The notes under the pieces are model-generated. The model was not told the origin of the DNA and ran no database searches. It worked only from the letters and a program-made list of their open reading frames with translations. A stretch of 63,976 nucleotides of DNA, counting the filler, from Basidioascus undulatus (Eukaryota): NCBI GenBank assembly GCA_000826855.1. It is 3 parts of 3 records of this genome, joined end to end, with 100 filler letters (N's around TTAATTAATTAA, not from the genome) between each part and the next. Parts side by side here need not be neighbours in the genome. Positions count along the whole stretch, not along the records: positions 21,821 to 43,530 come from JTLS01000323.1; positions 43,631 to 63,976 come from JTLS01000375.1; 1 more part is not named here. One strand, written 5' to 3'. Below are positions 39,371-50,299 of the stretch, piece after piece. Each line of letters begins with the position of its first letter. Position 1 is the first letter of the stretch. The position numbers and the translations under genes were made by a program.

Positions 39371-40162
39371 ATGGTCCGTGTCGCTGTTGCTAAAATTGGG
39401 ACGGAAAAACAGGGAGAGCGGAATTGCTGATCTTTGGGATTTGGACGGATACAGCACCCCTCCGTCCGCCGTCTCGCCCAGCAGGCGTCCCAGCAGAAGC
39501 TCACGCCGTTCCAGCAGGGTCAGTCTCCCATCCACCGCCGTCCCCTCACTTTCCTCCTGCCCCATTCCTGCCGCGCCGCACTCTCCTTCTTTGGTGGCGA
39601 GCGGCGTCGCTGACATGCTGGCCGGGCGTGGGACAATCGGACAATGGTAGCGTGGAAGACTTGGTACGTCTGTATTCGATCATTCTTGCGAGTGAGCGAG
39701 CGTTGCTGACGAGTGGCGTCCGCCGAACGTACAGGTACGAGCCGGCGGCGATCCCCATCTACGTCGTCATCGGCGTTGCCGTCGGCGGCGCTGGCTGGTA
39801 CCTCACCCGCCTTGCGCGCGGGCCGGACGTCGTCTGGGACCGCAAGGGCAACGTGCGTTTTCCCCCTCCCCTCACTCTCTCGAATGAAGAAGAAGGCTGA
39901 CATGATGCGTCTGCTTCGATCGGACAGCCCCACCCTTGGCTCCACGTCGGCGCCGTGCGTCTTTGCGCTTTCCCCCCGTCCGCGCTTGAGGGCGTGTGAG
40001 AGCTGACGACGCGATATGTTCCGCCTGCAGAACGACAATACCAAGATGCACTCCGTCTCTCACCAGTTTGACAAGGCACGTCCTGTTCCAGTCCTCCCCA
40101 CATCCCAACCAGCAGCTTACCCCTTCTCTCCCACACAGAGCTGGAGCCGCGACCGTTTCTAA
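39371..40162 (+). CDS. NDUFA4/MLRQ (COXFA4)-family mitochondrial subunit
   Basis: Spliced M|HPSVRRLAQQ..AWKTW|YEPAAIPIYVVIGVAVGGAGWYLTRLARGPDVVWDRKGN|PHPWLHVGA|NDNTKMHSVSHQFDK|SWSRDRF*. Confidence 0.88.
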
Positions 40163-40930
40163 GCGCCTTCTCCCTCCCCTTCCTCTTCTCTCTTCTCTTT
40201 TCTTCTCTTTTCCCCCATCGGCGGACGGCTCCCCTTCTCTTCTCCGACTCCGACTTCAGCGGCTATAGAAACACTTCACACTCGCTTTGCGCGGCGGTCT
40301 CTTGCGGGCGTGGACATGGGCGCGCGCGCAGCACGGGTCGGGACAGGTCGTGTTGTGCGTTCGTCCTGCGCTTGGAACGGGACTGTCGGACTTGCGCGCG
40401 GTTGGTTGGATACCATGGAGTCTGTCTTTTTTGCGCCTTCTTCGAGGTCGTGCGAGTGCGGGAGGAGGCGTGCTCGGCGCTCGGTCTGCATGCGTGAGAA
40501 GGGAAGGTGAACGGAGCGCGACAGCGGCGCTCGATTGTGCTCGACGTCGATCGTACGTTGGGTTACTAGACCGAGGAGCACGGCGCAAGAGTGCTTGAAG
40601 TTCGCTTCGAGGTGCGGATTTAAGAAGACAACGTCGTCGCTGCTCGCAGGGAACATCTCCCTTACAAGGCTCTGGGGAGGAGTGGAAAGCAAATGCGCCT
40701 ATGTCTCTCGAATTTCTGGCATTACATGGGCTTCGGTAGGCTCACAATGCACCGAATAACGAAAATGGTTAGAAGAGTGTTCGAAAGACAACTGTGTTGC
40801 GGCCAGCCGCATGTTCGCGTGCGACAACAGGTACAAGTACAAAGCTAGCCAGCGTTCTGGTAAGTCTAACCACCCCTCAATATCTGATTGCAAGTCCCCT
40901 GCGAAATGCCGATGTGCTGCTCATCCGGCC

Positions 40931-41739
40931 TCAGTCGAAGCTGCTGACGGACGACTTGCGGCGGCGAGGCATCGCACGCTGGCTGCTGCGGTATGGCCGC
41001 GGTCGTTTGTGCTGCTTCTCGCTATAGGGCAAAGCGGCAGGTAGGGATAATATCGGTCGGTAGATGTGAGAACGCGGTCGGGAAGAGGAGAAGGGAATGG
41101 AGGAGGGCATTGAGGAACGCACTATAGTCCGCACGCATTGCCTGCGCGGGCCGAGGATGGGTCAGTTGGCGTGCTCTTTCGTGCTCTCTCCAACCCCCAC
41201 AGGACCGAATGCCAGACCAAAGGGGACTCACAAACTAGAACCCCTTCCGAGAGACTTGATCGTCTCCGGCAAGGCGTATCGTCCGCATTGCAGTTCTGAA
41301 AACGAGCGGGACGCAGTGAGCGCGGGGTGGGAGAGGCGGGGCTCGGAAGCAGGGAGGATAGAGAAGGAAGACGCACCGGACAGACCATCTTCTCCTTCGG
41401 CTTGCGCACGGGCTTCGTCATGGCCGGTAGCGAGAGCGACTCGACCGACGAGGACGAGCTGAAGCTGCCGATGCTGTCCGCGGAGGAGATGGAGAGCTTG
41501 CGATTGCGCGGCGCATGAGGGGATAGTTCTCGTCTGGGTGTCGGGGGTGGGCCGCACTGGGACTCGGATGGCGTCTCGGGGGAAGAGGAAGAGTGGAAAG
41601 GAAAGGCAGTGAAGCGCGTCCGGAGGTAGTTGCAGAGCGGCTCAACCTCGACCTCGGGCTGCTTGCGAGCCGGCGACGACGGAATAAAAGCAGTGAACGA
41701 GAGTCGGTGGCTGCGCAGGTAAGAGAGAGGGGCGTCCAT
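40931..41739 (-). CDS. GATA-type zinc-finger transcription factor (copy 2)
   Basis: Spliced MVCP|NCNADDTPCRRRSSLSEGVLV|CNACGLY|EKQHKRPRP...SSFD*; TATA-like gatataagag ~80 bp upstream. Confidence 0.78.
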
Positions 41740-43530
41740 GGTGGCTTATTCGGTGTGGGAAACGATGTGACGGCGGTCGCAGACGAGGGAAAAGGGAAGA
41801 CTGCAGCACCCACCCGACTCTTATATCCCGAGCACCCAGCGCATGTCCACGACACCCGACCCACCGACCAATGGAGCCGGTAGTGGGGATCCCAACCTTG
41901 TCATAATTGGCCGTGCGGATCATGTTCCAACCATCAAAATACACGATGGCCCGACTGTGCGTGGGGATCATTTCCACGACGGCGGGCCCGTCTGCAAAGT
42001 TCGACATCGTCGGTTGTATTTCTTGCGCATCTGTACCCGCGGAACCAAACACTCCTCGCATCGGGCCGTTGTACACGACACCACCTCCGCTTTTTGCCGC
42101 TCATCGAACCCAGGGACGGGAACATTAAAAGGAAAGTCTCTCGGAGGTTTGTGAGGAGCAGCGAGCAATGTAGGTATCAATGAAGCTGCTGGCAGAAGCC
42201 TGCCTAACTGAAGTGCCAATTCCGCTGCGGATGGGGACGCACCTCTTGGGACTCTGAATGCCGTTTAAATGTGATTTGAATAGATCCTACCTCAAACATG
42301 CGCTCTCACACTACGGGCTCATGGCAACGGACTTTCTGATACTGCGCCCATCCAGCGCGAGCTCGAGCTCGAGCACGCGCACGCGCACGACCACGCGGTA
42401 CGGGCAATCCCAAACGACATCATTCTAGGGCGACAGCCGAGCAGGCCGCACAATATCCCAGAAGTATGGTCAGGATTCAATAGATCATGCTCCCTCGGTA
42501 CCGAGTAGATCAGCAGGACCGCCAGTGTTGCGCCATACGATGATCCCGGCAGAGCGTTGTGGGATGCGTGTTGAGGTGCTTGAAGAGCCGCACTGATCTC
42601 GGGCGGGAGCTCGAGCGGGTTTCTGAAGGTTGGGAACGGCCAGTGATGAATATCGTGCACGATGGGCGGAGGGGACCTAGGAACGCATACAGGGAGTGCA
42701 TAACCGAGCTTCAGCGCATTCCGCATTTGATGAACGGTTTTAATGAATATTCCTGTCCCGGACAGGTCTTGAGAGCATGAATTCGCCCCCTAATCCAGGT
42801 TTTGTACAATATGCTGCGGCGCACAGCCATTCGCGAATGCCCATTACGTCAGACCATCTCTCAAACATAAGCATGCGTGTATGATTCTCGAGCAGTAATT
42901 TACCCTCTAAATCTGTGCAAGCCCTGCTTTAGGTGATTCGAATTCATCTTGTCGGAGCATCACTCTTGTGTATGTGTTCCTCGCCTTTCTCTATCACTAC
43001 TCCAATCTACCGCTCATCAGAGGCATTGTATTCGTCCCTCAGTATACAAAATACCACAAAACTTCTTGTGCATCGACCTGAATCTGCACCTCTGGGTGTT
43101 GATTATTATATGCCGCCTGAGTGCTAATGTGCCGCATGCTGCGAGACTGCCCTAGTCAGCAGTTGGGTCTTCGAGAGAACACATTGGAGTATATATAGTC
43201 AATTGAATCCTTCCATATTTCCTGCGACATACAATATGCCAAAGAGCCTTGCGCACAGCGCACTGACATCTGCTCACCGGTTCGAACAAGCGGTGCGCGC
43301 GCAATGCGCCGCTCATAACTTTGGAGTGAGAAGCTGGTGGGGATTTCAAGTATCTGCGGGCGAAAGTAGAGATGTATCAAGTTAATTTTGGGGATGGCAA
43401 CATAAGGTAGCTGTAGGGAGAGGTGGAAAGTTTGCGAATGTCCTGGTTATCTGTCAGGATCCGGCAGAGCGAAGCAGACCGCAACGGGGGCTACCCGGGG
43501 CTTGTGGGGGCAATGGTTGATTACGAGACG

Positions 43531-43630
43531 NNNNNNNNNNNNNNNNNNNNNNNNNNNNNNNNNNNNNNNNNNNNTTAATTAATTAANNNNNNNNNNNNNN
43601 NNNNNNNNNNNNNNNNNNNNNNNNNNNNNN
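43531..43630. other. Artificial contig linker
   Basis: N44-TTAATTAATTAA-N44. Confidence 0.97.
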
Positions 43631-44109
43631 CCCCGCCAGCATCCCGCCCCCACCAGCATCCAGCATCCAGCAACGGATCAACCCAGCCACCACATCGTCT
43701 CCTCCTCCCCCTTTAAACATCCGGCCAGTTTAATCGAGAAGGCAGATGAAAACAAAGCTGTCTACCAAGGAAGGGTGCAATCAGATGGCGGAAGGTGATC
43801 AGACGAGACCGGAAGGGGGCCATAGCAACTCACCAGGGCTCCCTGAACTGTCCCTGCTTATGCGCATCAAAGAACGATAGCTGTTTCTGCGTATATGGGT
43901 TTTCGTGTTGGAGTGGTGAGGTGAAAGTCAATGAGAGGTGATGTTGGAAGGAAGAAGAGAGAGGTGATGAGCGACGCCGCTTGCACCAGACTGCTTCAGG
44001 GCCGGCTCAGGAGAATTTAGGGTGTGTTCTGACAAGTTCCGTTGGTGGAGAATGAAGAGATTTTGTTTATGACTTTTAGTTGCGAGAGAACGGTGAGTGG
44101 CTACTGGAC

Positions 44110-44305
44110 TGTGATGCTGAAACTGAGCTGCTTCAATCAGCAGCCCGGCGGCTTACTCGTGTGCCACTGGAATTCAGTTGTTTAAAACAGTAGTTTGGTA
44201 GCTGGTTTGTGAATACTGAATTTCAGCACCCAAATAAGCAGCCCTGAATTCAGCAGCCTGGCTGCTGAAGGTTGAAATTCAGTTGCCCAGCGGCTGAAAT
44301 TCATG
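44110..44305. repeat. Cluster of CTGAA(A/T)TTCAG palindromic repeats, possible transposon subterminal region
   Basis: ctggaattcag, ctgaatttcag, ctgaattcag, tgaaattcag, ctgaaattca; perfect inverted repeat TTCAGCAGCC-T-GGCTGCTGAA at 44249-44269; close to a contig end. Confidence 0.5.
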
Positions 44306-45842
44306 CGCCCCACTTCCCGCAGTTAAGGGCTCCCATTAACAGCGCCGCCGGCAAGCCTGAATCACAATGCTTGAGCTGCCATTGTCACACGGACTTGGTA
44401 TACTGGTGGACACTATTACAGATTACAGATGTATTAACCGACTTCGCCGAGTACAAAGCTCGGCTTAGGTCTGCGCGGTGGCAAGGACCACTCTGAGCCC
44501 GCCTGCCTGCGGCCCTCCTCCAGCCAAAAACACCTCCCCATACGCCCCTACCCCTGCCCCCACAGAGAGCCTTCGGCCCGTGAACGAGTGCGTGAGGTCA
44601 GGCGGTCGGGGGACGTACCTCCGCTTGTCGTTCCTCTGCCTGTCGTACTTTAAAAGCTGCTTTTTGGTGGGTGCCCCAGATCTATGCAGCAGAGAGCCCT
44701 TGTAGTGTGCGGAGCGGGAAGCCCGGAATATATAGGATCTTCGGGACTAACCGGAGGTAGTATACGCTCCGGCCCAACGGCCACACCGGGCCATCTTGGA
44801 ACAGCGAAACTGCCATGGCCTGCATCGTGTGTACCTTGTCCGGGGGATGTCTGCTTGCTCGAGAAGCGAGCGGGTCATACGTTGGATATCATCACTTGCT
44901 TTTTCCCTAATCGCGCTGTAGTGCCCACATTCCACAAAGACATGATGCTCGTCTTCGACCTCGCCGCAGTGTGGGGCTCGTCTTCAGGCCGCAGGCGGTC
45001 TGCTTCCCACGGTCTAGTTGCCAGTGATCCTGTGCGCGCTTGTAACTGGACCTGGACCTGAGCCGTGTATGCACTGACTGTTCTAGTGTACAGGTATTCT
45101 GGCGGGGCAGTACTGTCGTATAGGCTTGCGTTGACGCGGGACAGGGTTTTTGGCGGGAGGCTGTCTTGCTGCCGAATGGTCATGCAGTGCTGTGTCTAGT
45201 CTTTTATGTTCAACTCAACAAAACCGTCGCGGTCGTGGTAGGGAGTGTATGCGTCCATGTGGAAAGTTGCCCAGGGGACCATCAGAGTGGTGGGCGTGCG
45301 GGCCTGCTTTGCTGCCTGGTCCGCTGCGGCTGCTGCGAGTGCCGGCTCCCCTGTGCGCCTTCTCATGTTGCAGACTTACATGAGGATACCGCTCAGTTAG
45401 ACTTTTCAGCCAACGGTAGAAACTCCGTCTGTAGAGTGTGCCCCAAGTGTACGACAGGAATCCGTGGTCGCTAGCCTCCGCTAAGATGCGGCATGTGTTG
45501 AGTGATCCGTGTGCAGGATGGTGGTGGCGTACCGCTGTGGATTCCTGGCGAGCGGCCGCGTTGAGGCCTCTTCAAGGAGCTGCGAGGGGTACACGTGAAC
45601 GAGTGAGGTGGCAAAGTGGCGCAAGGCTCACTAGAAGGTGCTTTTCAACTCTAGCGAGGTGACTGGCACTGCGCTGTCATAAAGCACGGGATAGTAGATT
45701 AGAGGGGCTCTGACTGACTCAACAGAGTGCGTCAGCCTGTTTGGAGGTGTCCATATTTTGCTTTGCAGTGGTTGAGTAAATGTGAACCTGTGGTTCAAAA
45801 ATAATTTACTGATGTCCGGTCTAATAGCCGGATGGCAGCGAA

Positions 45843-45922
45843 ATGGTGAGGTCGGTTGTTCAATCCAGCCAGGGGGCATCTCAATTGCCCCTTTAGCTCA
45901 GTGGTAGAGCGCGCCACTCGTA
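45843..45922 (+). tRNA. Circularly permuted tRNA-Thr(CGT): 3' half 45843-45878 precedes 5' half 45887-45922
   Basis: Reassembled cloverleaf: acceptor GCCCCTT/AGGGGGC+A73, D arm GCTC-AGTGGTA-GAGC, anticodon stem CGCCA/TGGTG with loop CT-CGT-A|A, variable loop AGGTC, T arm GGTTG-TTCAATC-CAGCC. The break is at the canonical 37/38 position. Confidence 0.9.
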
Positions 45923-45927
45923 CTGTC

Positions 45928-45932
45928 TTTTT
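45928..45932 (+). terminator. Pol III oligo(dT) terminator of the permuted tRNA
   Basis: TTTTT 5 nt after position 37 of the 5' half. Confidence 0.75.
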
Positions 45933-47188
45933 ACTTGTTTTGCAGCCTTCTTTGCTGCTCCTGTAGGTCCAGGCCAGGGTTCTCATTTCCATAATCGAGC
46001 TTCGGGCATGAAGCGTTGATCTATTCAAACTGGCGGGTTGACCGTGATCTTGCGTTGGATTCTTCTGCAAGATAGAAGCTGCGATGGAGTTAAACAAGTT
46101 AATACGTCGGAATGAACAGTCTCCACAGATGCGACAGGTAATCCGAACACATGGGAGTTTTCATCTCATTCCTGCTCTCAAACGACAGAGTGTGTCTGTC
46201 TTGTGTCCACCGAGCTCCTGGGATTCCCTCACGATCATCCTTTTCGACTTCCCGGAAATCATAAATATTGGGTTGCATGCACATGTAGTCTGTATTCAGT
46301 GTGCCCCTATAGGGGGGCAATGTCGTTGCCAGGCTCAACTGCCCTTGAGGCCAGCACCGAAGCTGTTTCCACTAGCGGTTGTAAAGATGGCCGCCTTCCT
46401 TTCCTCCTACATGCAATCCGGACCTTTGACCTGGAACATTCCACGTATTTCCCGATTGATGAACAACCTTCGTGATTGCCTCGTTTCCACAGCTTCAGAC
46501 CGGACTTGCCCGTCCCGATGCGGGCTGGGGCCGCTTCAGTCCGAGTCTCTCTTCCTCCTCGCACAACCTGCCAACCAGCCAGTGAACTTTTGTTGTCGAC
46601 AGTCTTGGTATCAGCTCCAGCGCTCTCCTTTTCGTGCACAAGCGTTCGACATGTGCAGTCTGCTCAAGGTTGCCCTCCCTAAGATATGCGCAGGTAGCTT
46701 AAGCCTGCGATGGATCCTCCTGTCCGAGGTCCAAGTTGGAGTGTTACACCTGCTGTTTGAACGTGCTCAAAGATCCAATGAGTAAACGGCATGCATAGAC
46801 CCTACATTGGATTCCCCTCACGACACAGTGTGTCTGCCGAGCTTCCGTGGTTCACGCCATCACGACCGCCTACTGCACATGCCGCGTGATCTCAATGCAT
46901 TGTACAGACAGAGGTGGTGGTTGCGCAGGACGGTGACCTCAGAAAGAGATGTGAGCAGAAAATACGTGAAAAAGGAAACGGAGAGAAAACATAGGCCCTG
47001 GCCGATATCAAGAGCTTAGGCGCGGGTGGGTGACAGGGAACGGCCGTCGAGATCAGAACAGAGAGCAGGCAAGACCCAGCATGCGCGCGCGCTTGTGGTT
47101 GTTGAGAAAGAGAAAAAGAAAAGGTATTCATAGGCGTGAGAGGAGAAGAAGGAGGAGAGTGTGTTTGAGATTGTGAGATTTTAGACTC

Positions 47189-48689
47189 TTAAGCGAGCGA
47201 GGGGAAGGCCTTCTCGTCGTCGAGCGCGACCTGCGACTGCGCAACCGTCACGCGGGCGGGGGCAGCGCCCCGGCGAGCCTCGAAGCCGCCACGGGCAGCA
47301 CCGCGGCCGCCACGGCCGCCGCGGCCGCCGCGGGCACCGCGGGGAGCGCCGCGTTCCGAACCGGCGGGGCGCGAGAACTGGCCGTCGATCTCGATGGTGA
47401 CCTTCTCCTTGCGGGCCTTGGCGGCGCGGGCCTTGGCCTCCTACAAGGTGTACACATCAACGGCAGGAGAGTGAGCAGATGCGCGGGGCGCGAAGACGGA
47501 ACGGAACAGCCGCCAAGATGGGTGACGACAAACCTTGGGAGTGATGAACTCCTCATCGGCTTTCTTGACGAGGGGGACGGCGTCCTTCCACTGGGACTCG
47601 TCGACGCCCTCGTTGGCCTTGCGGGCCTCGGGGAGGTCAACGTTCAGCGCGGCCTTGGCGCGCTCGGCGAGGTACTCGTCAAGGGTCTTGACGTTCTCCT
47701 CATCCTCGGCGGGCTCGCCGTTGGGAGTGCCGGGGACGGTAGGAGCGGCCGCGGCGGCGGCGTCGGTCTGCAGAAGGCAACCACCAAGTGTCAGAGGGCG
47801 CACACTCTCGCTCGCAAGAGGATGAAGCCGCACCTTGCCAGCCTCCTCGGCGGCAAGCTCCTTCTTGCCGTCCTCACCGCCCCAGCCCTGGGCCTCCTGC
47901 TTGGCGGAGTCGCTTTGGGAGTGAACCGTCCTCGTTAGCCAAGCGAGAAGAAGGAGCGCCGGAGAAGTTCGAAGACGGCTTACATGTGGCCGGTCTGGGA
48001 GTGACGGTCAAAGACACGGCCACGACCGCCGGCAGCACCGCCGCGGCCACCGCGGCCACGGGTGCTCTTGGGGCCGCGCTCGCCACGAGGGACTGCGAAG
48101 AGAGAAGGCAGAGCGTGTCAGCGCCCGTCTGCTTTGACGCGTGTTCGCGGATCTTCTCCCAGATCCAACCGCGGCCCAACGCGACGTTCTTAGCCGCCCA
48201 CTCCGCAACATGCTGTCGAATACCGGCGCTGACGAAAGGGACGCACTCTTCTCCTCGGCCTGCACGCCGGTCTCCTCAGAGCGAGGGGCGTTGCGCTGGG
48301 CACCGCCGCGGGCGGGGTACCGTCCGGCTTGGCGACCCTGGGGCTTGGCCTGCTGCTTGGGCGCGGTGGGCGCGGGGGCAGGGGCCGGGGCGGGGGCGGC
48401 CTGAGGCTTGGTGACGGCCTCGAAGTCGGTGTCCTCAGCTGTGAGTGTGTCCCACGCCAGTCAGTTCCCGCACGCTTTGGAAGGCGATCCAAGAGAGGGC
48501 TGACACAGGAGCGCGAAGGGGTTGGCGGAGCGGACGGCGGCGGACCTGGGAGGTGTTGGGGGGGAAGGGGGAAAGAAGGGGAAGGAGGAAGAGCAGGTGG
48601 GTGTCAGAGCACGTCGTGTGCGACGTCCAGCACAGGGATTTTAATGGGAAAAACGGGGGTTCTGGCGGGGTGGGTCTGGCGGCGTACAT
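47189..48689 (-). CDS. STM1: Stm1/SERBP1 (HABP4_PAI-RBP1) ribosome/RNA-binding protein
   Basis: MSAAVRSANPFALL, RGG repeats, FDRHS, QGWG, KTLDEYLAE, ARKANEG..QW, C-terminal LDDEKAFPSLA*. Confidence 0.85.
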
Positions 48690-49109
48690 TATGGGCGCTG
48701 CTGTTGGTCGGAGCTTTGTCCCTCCGAAGGACTGAGAGTGCAGCTGGCGGCGAGTGTGCTGGGCGAAGGGGTCGCGACAGGCAGGCGAGGGCAAGCTCGA
48801 AGAAAGAAGCAAGGCGAGTCGCACAGGTCAGCAGCTTTTTTCATGAATCTTGCTCGCCCCGGCTTTCCGCCTCCGCCGTCCGCGAACCTTCGCTGCCAGT
48901 CTGCGCCTGCCTGCCTGCCTTTCTTCCCTTGCCTTCATGCTAGAATTCAATTCAAGGGAATTTATTGCAGCAGAATAATGCAGAATGAAATCATCCAAGA
49001 AGCAAAAAGAAGTGGCTTCCTGACAAGACGGTGGACACTCATGAACAGCCGCCAGCCTGCCCTCGAGCGGGCCTCGGATTCAAGTCCGAGCAAAATTAAC
49101 CAAAAGAAA

Positions 49110-49183
49110 TGGCCACTGCAGGGGTCGAACCTGCGACTTTGGAGTTATTAGCTCCACACTCTAACCAACTGAGTTAAGCGGCC
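49110..49183 (-). tRNA. tRNA-Ile(AAT), intronless
   Basis: GGCCGCTTAACTCAGTTGGTTAGAGTGTGGAGCT-AAT-AACTCCAAAGTCGCAGGTTCGACCCCTGCAGTGGCCA folds to a standard cloverleaf, followed by TTTCTTTT. Confidence 0.95.
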
Positions 49184-50299
49184 AACATAAGAACAATTGA
49201 ATTGAAAATCCATCTTGTGCAGCCATCAAGGGCTTCACGCAGTCCAGTCGGACCCACCAGTTCAGGTGCAGTGACAAGATGAAATGCTCTATTGAGAGTC
49301 TCAATACTAAGATAATCACCTAAAGAACGAATAAAGGTGTTCAGAAAGGAGGTCTGGAGCTGACAGTCAACCAACTCACTGCCTCGCTTTCGTCGGTAAG
49401 CACTGCAGCCTATAGCTTGAAGGTAGACAGAATTTACAACCATACTATTTAACTTAGAGGTGGACCGGTGCTTGGCCGTAGACCGGCCCCGCTTTACTAC
49501 ACATGTGTTGAAACTGCGGTGTGTATGGCTGTGGCAGATTGCGCCAGACTGGGCTGGCAGGAGGAAGCAAAAGTTATTGATCGGCACGGTTTTAATTGAC
49601 TGGAATCCCTTTTGAACATACAGTTCAGAGCTAAATGTGGCAAACTCGGATAAGCACTCTGTGGCATGAACGACCGTTGAGGACTTGGAACGCTGGCAGT
49701 CTTTGGATCGCTTTGTTCAGCGGCGGGGAGCTAAAATACAAATGTCCCATTTTTGGAGAAGAAAAGTCTTCGTAAAGTGTTTGGGAAGTGCGCGAGCTCC
49801 GAGTGAACGAGTGAGGTGGAACGCACAACTCGCATTAGCAGGCGAGTGCATGCATTTAAACCGTGAATGGGTGTGGCTGCTGTCACTCTCTTACAAGCTG
49901 CTCTCCTCTGACCAGGCGTAGTCTTTGGAAATCTAATATTCTCTTCTGGGTAAACATCTCCCGAAGCAGTCAATCAGATTGTTCGTGAAGTCGAGGTTGC
50001 TCCTGCTCGCTGGAGGCGGAAACACAGTCTGCCTGGCTAACGACGCATCTCGTTGATAATGCTGATTCTGAGGAGAGCGGTTCCAAGTTTGATTACCAGT
50101 TTTTGAAGGTAGTTTAAGGTAAATGTTGTTTTTTTGGGAGCGAAACGAAAAGACGGGGTCAAGCTGCTGAAGTACGGGACCGGCCGGCCCTAAAGCAGCC
50201 ATCCGCGGTAGGGCCCTGGAGACCGTCCCGGTCTTCTCCCTTCCCCCCGCACCCTCCATCACTCCTCCTCCCTAGTTTATTCCACCCGCGTCGCTCACC

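Noticed and set aside
41120..41130. Premature TAG after CNACGL in GATA copy 2
   Set aside because: TA|GTGCGT is an intron donor; splicing restores Y-EKQHKRPR.
46084..46785. 233-aa ORF downstream of the permuted tRNA
   Set aside because: No recognisable motif and atypical codon usage; probably spurious or antisense to a decayed sequence.
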